64,000 bases of DNA, taken from IMG/VR virus record IMGVR_UViG_3300031994_000039, positions 32,001 to 96,000 of that record; one strand, given 5' to 3'. The notes beneath the pieces were generated by a model. The model ran no database searches and had not been told where the DNA came from. It saw only the letters and a list, made by a program, of their open reading frames with translations. Both the position numbers and the translations under genes were made by a program. Source of the DNA: a virus. Its lineage: Duplodnaviria > Caudoviricetes. Shown in pieces: positions 9,148-17,430 of this stretch (position 1 is its first letter; the number at the start of each line of letters is the position of its first letter).

Positions 9148-9702
9148 TCACTCCTTTAAAAAATCTGTAAGCTCATTATGAACTTTCTCTTCTTCTTTGT
9201 TGCATACTGAAATCCATTCATTAAATGCCTCATAAGGGTCTTCGTGCCACTCAGTTCTGAACAGTTCGTTGTTGGCTTGTTGATGCTTGTTACAATGCAG
9301 CGCAAAACGGTGTTCGCCAGCCACCGTCTTTCCCGTTCTGAATATTGGTTTGTTTCCGCAGATCGGACAAGTTCTAGCCCTATCCGGATCATCAATAATT
9401 GAAGCGCCTGTGATATGGACCACCTCATTCTCGCCTTCTGCGGACATGCTTTCTTCGTGAGATTTAATGCCTAGACGATTCATAACTATTCCATCCCATT
9501 CTATTTCAGCCTTTTCAAGACTTGAATACCAAAGGGTACGAATGTCTTGATGTTGTCCACAATATAACCTATAACTATTATGTTCGTCCTGCACCAAATA
9601 AGGTGCTTTACCGCAGAGCGGACAACCACTAATCTCTCTTTCATTAGTCGTCGCAACAAAATCTCCGCTCTCATTAAGGAACCCTGCTGTCATAATACTC
9701 AC
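9148..9702 (-). CDS. Tandem Lar-like zinc-ribbon domains
   Basis: Two CP(L/I)CG...C-x-x-H...RT-x-W...A-x-x-EW units; ends VHNELTDFLKE. Confidence 0.7.
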   Translation of the reverse strand: MSIMTAGFLNESGDFVATTNEREISGCPLCGKAPYLVQDEHNSYRLYCGQHQDIRTLWYSSLEKAEIEWDGIVMNRLGIKSHEESMSAEGENEVVHITGASIIDDPDRARTCPICGNKPIFRTGKTVAGEHRFALHCNKHQQANNELFRTEWHEDPYEAFNEWISVCNKEEEKVHNELTDFLKE

Positions 9703-9710
9703 TCCTTACC

Positions 9711-10883
9711 TTACCTTTCTGGATTCAACATCAGAACCCCTTCAACAATCTTATCAAGTGCGTAGTTAATCTTTTCTTCTGTCAAAAACCAGTCGAACGA
9801 TATTCTTACTGTGCAGAACGCCTCTTCGTCAGTCATCCCGATTGCTTTGAGCACATAACTTGGTACTGTTTCGTGTGAAGTACAAGCTGACCCCGCTGAT
9901 ATATACACTTCATTAGTGTCCAGATACATCAGTAATGTCTCACTGTCAACTCCGAAGAATGTAATGCTCAACGTCTTACCGTTGTTAAATTCCTGGCAGT
10001 TGATTCTGTATCTGCTCGGAGATAATCTCTTAGAAAGCTCATCACAGAAATACTCAGACAAATCCTTAGTATAATCAAGGAATCCTACATTTTCTGATAA
10101 TGTCAGAGCTGCTTCACCGAACCCTACAATACCCGGGACATTTTCTGTTCCCGCTCTCATTCCAAATTCCTGAGCAGAACCGCCATCAATCAGATGAGTT
10201 TCCACCTTCGGAAGACTTGGAAGCGAGAACCCTAAAGACTTAGGATCCCTTATATAAAGACATCCAACTCCCTTAGGTCCGTGTATCTTATGTGCTGAGA
10301 ATGAAGCGTAATCACAGCCGAGTTTCTTAACATCAACCTGAAGGCAAGATAATGCCTGGACACAATCAACATGAAGTTTCATTCCGAATTTCTTGCAATA
10401 TTCTGAGATCATTTCGATATCATTCACCGCACCTGTTTCGTTGTTGACATACATTGTAGAAACTAATGTCTTATGTGGTACTGCCACGCTACTGAGCTTT
10501 GTCTTAACTTCCTCTTCGGACAGAACACACTGTTCATTTACCTTTAACACTGGAGAACCAAGCACTTCATGGTATATTGAACTGTACTTTAAAACAGATT
10601 TATGTTCGACATTAGAACATATAATATTTGAGCATCCCTTGGCATTCTTGATTGCAAGATTGTTTGCTTCAGAACCGCCAGATGTAAAGATTATCTGTTC
10701 CGGTTCCGCATTGATTAACGCAGCAACCTGTTCTCTCGCCTTATCAATTGCAGCCTTAGCTTCTCTTCCAAGATTATACTTACTTCCTGGATTGCCATAG
10801 CACTCCTGTAAATAAGGGAGCATCGCGTTCACTACGTTACCAAGTGGCTTTGTTGTGGCTGCGCTATCTAAATAAACCTGCAT
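9711..10883 (-). CDS. iscS: Cysteine desulfurase (IscS/NifS, group I)
   Basis: YLDSAATT, FTSGGSEANN, PLP lysine in SAHKIHGPKG, catalytic Cys in SAGSACTS. Confidence 0.95.
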   Translation of the reverse strand: MQVYLDSAATTKPLGNVVNAMLPYLQECYGNPGSKYNLGREAKAAIDKAREQVAALINAEPEQIIFTSGGSEANNLAIKNAKGCSNIICSNVEHKSVLKYSSIYHEVLGSPVLKVNEQCVLSEEEVKTKLSSVAVPHKTLVSTMYVNNETGAVNDIEMISEYCKKFGMKLHVDCVQALSCLQVDVKKLGCDYASFSAHKIHGPKGVGCLYIRDPKSLGFSLPSLPKVETHLIDGGSAQEFGMRAGTENVPGIVGFGEAALTLSENVGFLDYTKDLSEYFCDELSKRLSPSRYRINCQEFNNGKTLSITFFGVDSETLLMYLDTNEVYISAGSACTSHETVPSYVLKAIGMTDEEAFCTVRISFDWFLTEEKINYALDKIVEGVLMLNPER

Positions 10884-11701
10884 TAACTTACTTCCTCCTT
10901 AACTTCCACAATATCACAACCGGATAAGTAGTTGTGATCTACGGAGCCGAGATTTAAATTCCTATACGCTTCGTCAATTTCCTCCGCCGTGATTCCTATG
11001 TAAGCAAGTGTTTGTGCTGGGGAAGAATGATTCAACATCTTCTGAAGCAACATTAACTTACGTGGATCGTTATGGCTCATTAACATCTGATGATAACAGA
11101 ATGTCTTTCTCAACGAGTGAGTGGACATCTTCATATCCAGTGATAAATCATCTGCGATCCTGTACAGAATTCCATTGATTGACCTAACATCAAGCGGACT
11201 GTTCACGTTCTTTCCTCTATTGGACAAGCTACGAAACATGAAATCGCTGAGCGAAACGCCGTCTGTATGTTCAAGATATAATGTAACCGCCTCAATTACT
11301 GCATCGTTGACGGTTATATATCTGTTGACTTTCTTTTTCCTGGTGTTCCTTGTCTTCTTCTCGAAGACCGGAAATCTGTCTTTAAAAACAAAATTCGGAT
11401 TGATAATGTTAGCAAACCTCAGAAGCCTGAGGTCGCTAACTCTCAACCCGAAGTTAATTCCTACAACAAACAGCATGTAATCACGCCATCTGCCGTTCTT
11501 TTTTAAATAATCACAAACCCTTTCAATATCTTTCATACTCTTGATCGGGTCTGATGTTCTGTCTTCACAGACATCTTCTGGACAACTCTGTGTTGCCGGA
11601 GCAATAAGCCCCGCACTGAGCTGCTTGTTGTTTCTCTTGAGCTCTGATACATCAATTGTCTTATACATTCCTGCATCAACTGTCATGAGAATCACCACCA
11701 T
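10883..11701 (-). CDS. Tyrosine recombinase (catalytic domain only)
   Basis: GLRVSDL, EKKT, HSLRKT, LNHSS, TLAYIG: complete R-K-H-R-H-Y set; true start may be MYKT at 11668. Confidence 0.9.
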   Translation of the reverse strand: MVVILMTVDAGMYKTIDVSELKRNNKQLSAGLIAPATQSCPEDVCEDRTSDPIKSMKDIERVCDYLKKNGRWRDYMLFVVGINFGLRVSDLRLLRFANIINPNFVFKDRFPVFEKKTRNTRKKKVNRYITVNDAVIEAVTLYLEHTDGVSLSDFMFRSLSNRGKNVNSPLDVRSINGILYRIADDLSLDMKMSTHSLRKTFCYHQMLMSHNDPRKLMLLQKMLNHSSPAQTLAYIGITAEEIDEAYRNLNLGSVDHNYLSGCDIVEVKEEVS

Positions 11702-12090
11702 TCATAATAAAAGACTTCATATGTGTTAAAATTGACCGTTCGTAAGATCTCGGTAAGTTCCCTCGCTGTTCGTTCAACCTCATCATAATACCACCGGTCA
11801 TATTCAGTTCCTCCGAAGAAGTAGCCATCACTCGACGGAAGTAATTTCCTTGATGTACGATGATTTTTATTCTTCTTATAAGCTTCAACAACCTTCAGAC
11901 AGTCATCACGAAGCTGAGTAAGCTGCTCCTTTGTTACCGGATGTTCCTCACAATTTGACTCTGTGTTGTATCCTGTATTGTCTACAAACCACTGGCGAAT
12001 CTGATTCGCTTTTCTCCAGTACATAATCTCTCTTGGTTCTGGTGGTTCCTTAACCTTAACCCTCTTGTATAAAAACATATCAAGTCCCAT
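11692..12090 (-). CDS. Conserved phage hypothetical protein
   Basis: MGLDMFL...YWRKANQI..WF...LLP...G.FFG. Confidence 0.75.
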   Translation of the reverse strand: MGLDMFLYKRVKVKEPPEPREIMYWRKANQIRQWFVDNTGYNTESNCEEHPVTKEQLTQLRDDCLKVVEAYKKNKNHRTSRKLLPSSDGYFFGGTEYDRWYYDEVERTARELTEILRTVNFNTYEVFYYEWW

Positions 12091-12119
12091 ACTATACTTA
12101 CCTATCCTTTCTACTTACC

Positions 12120-12740
12120 TTAATGTTGATCAAATACTACCTGTTCGCCGTTCTTCAGCGACCAGCAATTAGCAAACGCTAATGCACAATCTGTACAATT
12201 TCCCGGACACGGCTTTGCATCTGGTCTGTGTGTCCAGTGATGCGCCTTGTTCTTAACATGTGCTTCCGGAAGATTGTGCGGATTACTATATTCTTGAGCA
12301 ATCCATATACTGAAGATAACCCTGAGGTTCTCAGGAATCTCAGGGGTTGTTTCATCTTCAATATATTCATTCACAATTTCATACTGCTTTGTAAAGCAGA
12401 GGATTCTGCATTCCGGATTATTGATTGCTGCCTGAACCATGTTCTTGAAGTATTCCATATTAGGAATATCTCCTGACACATGGAATCGGAAGAACTTATT
12501 AAGTGCAAGCACCGCATTAATTTCCTTCCAGAAAACCTCAGGCTGATTGTTAAGCACCTCCCAGTTATGCATATAAGCTGCTCTTACTGGAGGTCTTAAA
12601 TTTTCAAGCTTTCTTGCATAGCAGTTCTTGATGCACTTGGCACCCGGTCTGCATGAAAGTACTGATGGAAGAGATACACTTGCGATCTTTCCCATCTTTG
12701 AGTTGCCCTCTGAAATTTTAAGTGTCATAATCTTACCCAA
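12120..12740 (-). CDS. GP88-like (radical-SAM-like, Cys-rich) protein
   Basis: GNSKMG...C-x5-C-x3-CYA, FRFHVSGD, C-terminal CPGNCTDC...CW. Confidence 0.7.
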   Translation of the reverse strand: MGKIMTLKISEGNSKMGKIASVSLPSVLSCRPGAKCIKNCYARKLENLRPPVRAAYMHNWEVLNNQPEVFWKEINAVLALNKFFRFHVSGDIPNMEYFKNMVQAAINNPECRILCFTKQYEIVNEYIEDETTPEIPENLRVIFSIWIAQEYSNPHNLPEAHVKNKAHHWTHRPDAKPCPGNCTDCALAFANCWSLKNGEQVVFDQH

Positions 12741-12751
12741 CCTTTCTTTAC

Positions 12752-12952
12752 TTACGCTAAACTTTGCTTTATAACACGCTTTTTCCAGTTGTGCATTTCC
12801 TGTCTTGATGCAAACTCAGGAATCTTCTCGTTAACGCCAAAGTCATAGAGAAGACTCTTGAGATGCTTGAGTTCCCTTGGAGTAGGAACTTTGTTAAAGT
12901 CGTAGTACACATTGGGACCGATATTACTCGGCACCCATCTTGGTCCGCCCAT
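12752..12952 (-). CDS. Hypothetical protein
   Basis: ORF with AAGGGG RBS. Confidence 0.55.
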   Translation of the reverse strand: MGGPRWVPSNIGPNVYYDFNKVPTPRELKHLKSLLYDFGVNEKIPEFASRQEMHNWKKRVIKQSLA

Positions 12953-12974
12953 TGGTTAATCCCCTTTCTGTGAA

Positions 12975-15242
12975 TCATTCTTCGTAGTCGCAGAGGATTT
13001 TTCCCTTGTATTCTTTACCTTCATCTGATTCAAGGAATGCATTTCTGAGCCCAATAATATCGTATGAACGAATTTCCTGCCCCTCTTCCTTGATTCTTCT
13101 GAGGAATCCGTAGAACATATTCATGATTGGTGTTGTAAGTTTGCTTGTTTCGTGCATATAACCCTGTCTGCCAACGACCTGAGCTACCATTCTCATGAAC
13201 TTCCAGAAGTTATAGTAGTTAAGTTTCATCTTAGTCATGTAACCGTTAGCATCTTCAAGAACGAATCCCTCGATTTCCTTGCCGTCATACAGGTAGTCAT
13301 TCTTATGGCATTCATTGTAGAACTTATTGAACTCTGTCCAGTCATTAAACACCGCTGCCTTTTCCTTGCACTCTACACCAATTGTATTCGCAATCACCTG
13401 AGTTTCCTCGTAGCTGTATGCCTCGAAGAATGTGTAGTTGTGAACGACATTTAGGAGTACAAGTTTCTGCTTTGGATATTCTATGATGTGTGGATCATTT
13501 ACTGGGTCAATCACCTCGAAGACGAATGTAACATTATTCTCCTTAGTGTATCCTTTTATTGCCTCAATTGCTTCCTTGGAAACAGTCTTCTCAAGAATTT
13601 CTCTGATGTATCCTGCATGACTGCCTGTTGTACTTGACTTGGACGCAATGAACAGGTCGTCCTTGTATGGATCATATGATACAAGTCCGAGGAAACCATT
13701 TTCTTTTCTGTATGCCGTTACAGGGAATACGAATTTCCTCTTCAGCCATTCAAGCTTTGTTTCTTCACGTTCACCGATGTTGAAGAACTTATCATAAGCA
13801 CGAGCAATTATTCTCTCATTCGGCACATCGACGAATAATCCTCTTGCTCTTGTGGTCATGCCATTCCATTCTTTGTTCTGGAAAGCTTCTCTTGTGAAGT
13901 TGAAGGACGAAATCTCACCCTCTTTAGTTTCCTTGATGAGCTTGCTTGCTCTCATTGCAAGAACCATATCACCAACGGTACCATCGTGTGGATGATGCTG
14001 TGCATAATCATCTGTCTCAGGTTCAAATTCCTTGAATACATCATTCTTCATTTCATGTGTTTCGATCTTTCCATCCGGATAAATCGTTACACCTCTGAGA
14101 CATCCGCCGAACTCAACCTTGCCTTCAAGATTGTAGCAGCAATCATTGACCTCGATCGGAACATCATCAACATTTCTATGACCGTGAATCTGAATACAGT
14201 CAACTGTGTTCTGCATAAATGCATTATCCACTTCAACTGAATCCTTATAATTGCCGACACCCTTAATCATTGTCTTTGTTGGGACAAGTGTAAGATTGTC
14301 AGGCATACAGCTAAGTCCACCGTGAGTTATAAGGAATTCCTTACCGGCAAAATTAAAGTGAGCCATCTGCCATAATTTACGGTAGAACTGCTTTGCATCC
14401 GATCTTGAGATACCGCCTTCTTCAAGCTGCGGTCTTGTATGGAACTCAAATTCCTTGGATACTGATACACAGTCATGACCCCAGTCATTAAGATGGTGTT
14501 CGTGATTTCCTTCGAGGAACACTATATTCTTAAGCTGAGATAATTCGTAGAGGTATGCGAATGTTTCTGCATTCTCGATTCCTCGATCCAGGTAATCACC
14601 AAGGAATATAAAAAGCTCGTCTTCATTAAAAGCCGAGCCATGAAATTCTTCTATGTATTTTTTCAGTGCTGTATAACATCCATGAATATCTCCGATAACA
14701 TGAATCTTCTTATACACACCATTGTAATCTGCAGGTGCGCCCCATACTGTATCCAGTTCATCAGGCTTGATAACCTTGATTCTTCCCGGAATCTTCTGTG
14801 TCTTGAATCTTGCATAAATCTTGTCGATTGCAAATTCCGGAACAACCTTGTAGCCGATTCGCTGTCTATTGCGACGCTTTACTTCCTCTGGATCAATATC
14901 GGTCATATCAATACAGTAGCAGCGATAGCGATAACGTTCACAGAGATCCTTGTATCTGTTCATTTCTGTTGTCTTTGAATTAACTGCGTCGATGACCGTA
15001 AACTCTCCGTTAGCCATACGACGTTCCAGGATTTCAAAGAGGAGATTCCATGCATCATTGCTTAAGCTCTGATCAATTTCCTCATTACCTTCCTTGTTAA
15101 GGATAGGTGAGCCGTATAACATTCTCAGCGAGTCTGCTGAAAGTGTGTACGGCTCTAAGTAGTTGTTTTTAATGAATGTGGACTTCCCGCAACCGGGAGC
15201 ACCACGGAACAGAAGTAATACTCTCATTGTAAATTCCTCCAT
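12975..15242 (-). CDS. RNA repair enzyme: polynucleotide kinase + metallophosphoesterase + Rnl1-type RNA ligase
   Basis: GAPGCGKS P-loop; GDIHG, GDYLDRG, GNHE, HGH phosphoesterase; KENG adenylation motif, EGFV, KFFN. Confidence 0.9.
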   Translation of the reverse strand: MEEFTMRVLLLFRGAPGCGKSTFIKNNYLEPYTLSADSLRMLYGSPILNKEGNEEIDQSLSNDAWNLLFEILERRMANGEFTVIDAVNSKTTEMNRYKDLCERYRYRCYCIDMTDIDPEEVKRRNRQRIGYKVVPEFAIDKIYARFKTQKIPGRIKVIKPDELDTVWGAPADYNGVYKKIHVIGDIHGCYTALKKYIEEFHGSAFNEDELFIFLGDYLDRGIENAETFAYLYELSQLKNIVFLEGNHEHHLNDWGHDCVSVSKEFEFHTRPQLEEGGISRSDAKQFYRKLWQMAHFNFAGKEFLITHGGLSCMPDNLTLVPTKTMIKGVGNYKDSVEVDNAFMQNTVDCIQIHGHRNVDDVPIEVNDCCYNLEGKVEFGGCLRGVTIYPDGKIETHEMKNDVFKEFEPETDDYAQHHPHDGTVGDMVLAMRASKLIKETKEGEISSFNFTREAFQNKEWNGMTTRARGLFVDVPNERIIARAYDKFFNIGEREETKLEWLKRKFVFPVTAYRKENGFLGLVSYDPYKDDLFIASKSSTTGSHAGYIREILEKTVSKEAIEAIKGYTKENNVTFVFEVIDPVNDPHIIEYPKQKLVLLNVVHNYTFFEAYSYEETQVIANTIGVECKEKAAVFNDWTEFNKFYNECHKNDYLYDGKEIEGFVLEDANGYMTKMKLNYYNFWKFMRMVAQVVGRQGYMHETSKLTTPIMNMFYGFLRRIKEEGQEIRSYDIIGLRNAFLESDEGKEYKGKILCDYEE

Positions 15243-15301
15243 TTATGTTGTTTTCTTCTGAGATAAGAATCGCCCCTGGATTTCAGGAGCGAATTAGATT
15301 G

Positions 15302-15544
15302 TTTGTAATCTAAAGACTGAGATCATGATCGTCATTTCTTTCGGGCCGCCAGGCCAGGAAGAAATTTCGATCCTGATCTTTAGGGTTTGCTATTTTGCAA
15401 ACTAACTTTGCTTTACTTTCGCTGACAGCAAAAGCCGCCTTTATTATTCTTAGCCTACTTCCATCGTAGGGAGGAAGAGCGGATTCCCACCGCATTGCCA
15501 ACTTATCAGGTTGGAGGTAAATAAAAGCATGATGTCATTACAAA
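15302..15544 (-). ncRNA. Structured RNA closed by terminal inverted repeats; candidate third retron-like msr-msd
   Basis: TTTGTAAT/ATTACAAA terminal IR followed by G; six internal hairpins including a long CTAAAGA..GATCG/CGATC..TCTTTAG stem. Confidence 0.45.
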
Positions 15545-15697
15545 TCTCTAAACCAGTAATTATTCTTGTTAATAATTAACAAGACCCCTCTTTATCTGGC
15601 TACCTTCTGTCTTCCTTGGAGTCAGACAGCTTGGTGACGCATCGCAATAGGCTGTGCGTACTTCAAAGGGTAAATGCGGAGTCTACCTTCCGCCAGG

Positions 15698-15768
15698 TAA
15701 GGTACTAGGGAGTTGCACCCTAATCTCTGCCTTCCAAGGGCAGGGCTTTACTATTAAGCTAGTACCTC
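15698..15768 (-). tRNA. tRNA-Pro(TGG)
   Basis: Acceptor GAGGTAC/GTACCTT, anticodon arm CTGCC-CTTGGAA-GGCAG, T arm TAGGG-TGCAACT-CCCTA. Confidence 0.85.
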
Positions 15769-15967
15769 ATATAAATATAAGGGAGTTAGATTTCTCCGAC
15801 TCCCTCAAGTATACATCCGAAAACGTATACCCCAATTACTAATCATTGCCTTCACACTAATAGCTAACAGAACTTCCCGCCATAGCTGGGCGGTTATGTG
15901 AAAAGCAAACTCCCGACTACTCAACCGGTATGTTCGTTGGGAGATTTAATTGAAGTTCTCTTTTACA

Positions 15968-16290
15968 CACGCATGTGGCTAATTTCAAACCGGTTATTAT
16001 CCGAAGATTTACCGGAGCAACTAAACCCCTCACGCCACCAGGCGGGCTGCTTAGAAACACGGCTCATTAAAGAGCTCTTCAGTATGTCCTGATTATTTGG
16101 TTGAGGGAAGTAGGTTTCTATTATAATCTCCGCAAGCCTACAAATCCGGGTCCGAAAATATCGCAAAACATTTCTGCTCCGCAACGCAAACGGCGATAAC
16201 CGTTTTCCAATAATGTTCCACCTTTAAGGCAGTGGGACACCTAAAAACTTGCCTCGGTCCGCAGTACATTTCTGTCTTATGCGTGGCAAG
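15968..16290 (-). ncRNA. Unidentified ~320-nt structured RNA in the tRNA cluster
   Basis: Nested long-range pairs CACGCAT/ATGCGTG, CGGTTAT/ATAACCG, CGGAGCA/TGCTCCG plus local hairpins; no credible ORF. Confidence 0.55.
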
Positions 16291-16294
16291 CAAG

Positions 16295-16376
16295 TGGGAG
16301 AAGATGGACTCGAACCATCGAAGGACATAGCCAGCGGATTTACAATCCGCCCTCATTGCCGCTAGAGAATTCTCCC
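16295..16376 (-). tRNA. tRNA-Tyr(GTA)
   Basis: GGGAGAA/TTCTCCC acceptor, GCGGA-TTGTAAA-TCCGC, long variable arm, TTCGAGT T loop. Confidence 0.9.
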
Positions 16377-16384
16377 GTATTATA

Positions 16385-16549
16385 TCAAGGCACATAATTG
16401 TACATTTCTTGACTTCCTAATTTACGATAATTATTATTCGTAAGTTCTTCTTTTGAATGTCTTACTCTGCGATTCCAAAGTTTCTTGTAGTGCTTCTTAG
16501 ATTCCTTGATACCATCTTTTAACCATCTGTCTTTCTTAGAACCTTTCAT
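16385..16549 (-). CDS. Small basic protein between tRNAs (54 aa)
   Basis: MKGSKKDRWLK...WNRRVRH; AAAGGG RBS. Confidence 0.55.
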   Translation of the reverse strand: MKGSKKDRWLKDGIKESKKHYKKLWNRRVRHSKEELTNNNYRKLGSQEMYNYVP

Positions 16550-16569
16550 ATTAAATACCCTTTCGTAGA

Positions 16570-16641
16570 TTGGAGCACCGGGATTTGAACCCGGGAATGA
16601 CGGAGTCAAAGTCCGTTGCCTTACCGCTTGGCTATGCCCCA
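16570..16641 (-). tRNA. tRNA-Gln(TTG)
   Basis: TGGGGCATAGCCAAGCGGTAAGGC..ACGGA-CTTTGAC-TCCGT..GGTTCAAATCC. Confidence 0.92.
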
Positions 16642-16742
16642 GGGCAGCTGCAGGAGTTGAACCCGCACCCTCGTCGATTACTTACTGACTGTTTTATCAT
16701 GAATTAACAGTCTGCTTTCACCAACGAGAACCGTTCACTGCC
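16642..16742 (-). ncRNA. tRNA-like RNA with an elongated arm replacing the anticodon arm
   Basis: Acceptor GGCAGT/GCTGCC, T arm GCGGG-TTCAACT-CCTGC, no D stem, 9-bp + 7-bp extended arm. Confidence 0.55.
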
Positions 16743-16880
16743 GTTTGTTCCAACTTTGTTTTCCGTGAGAAGACTTTTCATCCTCTCTTTGAACTCTACT
16801 AAATTAAGGATTTCCTTCCTGTCTGATTCATCAATCTTGCTAAGTCTTTCAGAATCAAAATACCCACCAGAAGTTTTCAT
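16704..16880 (-). CDS. Small protein (58 aa) overlapping the tRNA-like RNA
   Basis: GAGGTGA RBS, MKTSGGYFDSERL... Confidence 0.4.
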   Translation of the reverse strand: MKTSGGYFDSERLSKIDESDRKEILNLVEFKERMKSLLTENKVGTNGSERFSLVKADC

Positions 16881-16895
16881 AATATCACCTCGAAA

Positions 16896-16970
16896 GTACC
16901 TCTACCGGAATCGAACCGGCGCCTCTTTCCATTACTGGAAAGCGTGTTACCATTCTATCACTAAGCGGCA
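16896..16970 (-). tRNA. Atypical tRNA, identity undetermined (8-nt anticodon loop)
   Basis: Cloverleaf with GCCGG-TTCGATT-CCGGT T arm; anticodon arm CTTTC-CAGTAATG-GAAAG; one acceptor mismatch. Confidence 0.55.
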
Positions 16971-16976
16971 CAATAA

Positions 16977-17048
16977 CAAGAGCCCCAGGAATCGAACCCA
17001 GTCTATCTGTCTTGACAACAGATGTGCTATCCTTTACACTATGCTCTT
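16977..17048 (-). tRNA. Atypical tRNA (positional anticodon TCA with G33, or distorted Asp-GTC)
   Basis: AAGAGC/GCTCTT acceptor, GTGT/GCAC D stem, TCTGT-TGTCAAG-ACAGA, GGTTCGATTCC. Confidence 0.55.
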
Positions 17049-17230
17049 GAAGCATATACTATGTGTGGTCAACAACATGGTAGTGAAAACCCGGCATTAA
17101 AGGGGATGCCGGGGAAACTTTAAATGGAGGTTTGAAAGTATGCACAACACCGAAATTTAATATGCTTTTGAAAAGGAGAGTAACTTATGAATAAAAATAC
17201 CACCACACATAGCCTTATATTAGATAATGA

Positions 17231-17302
17231 TTGCGGGAGCCGGACTCGAACCGACGACTTCCAGAATATGGGTCTGGCGATCTACCTCTGCTCTATCCCG
17301 CC
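17231..17302 (-). tRNA. tRNA-Met/Ile2 (CAT)
   Basis: CCAGA-CCCATAT-TCTGG; G1:A72 mismatch; GGTTCGAGTCC. Confidence 0.8.
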
Positions 17303-17371
17303 ATACATAAGCCGCCGACCACTTCCAAAACCGGCGACTTAGAAACCCTTTGTACACATGGCACACGGGCG

Positions 17372-17430
17372 ATTCCGGACCGGGGCCTCGAACCCCGATG
17401 ACCTCCCGGCTTACCATTGCCTGCCCGGAA
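17372..17430 (-). ncRNA. Mini-tRNA lacking the anticodon arm
   Basis: TTCCGGGC/GTCCGGAA acceptor, GGC-AATGGTAA-GCC D arm, CGGGG-TTCGAGG-CCCCG T arm, only 10 nt between the D and T arms. Confidence 0.6.

Noticed and set aside
16977-17048. Genome-wide UGA recoding or selenocysteine tRNA
   Set aside because: Genes are intact under code 11 and several end in TGA; the RNA lacks the long variable arm of tRNA-Sec.
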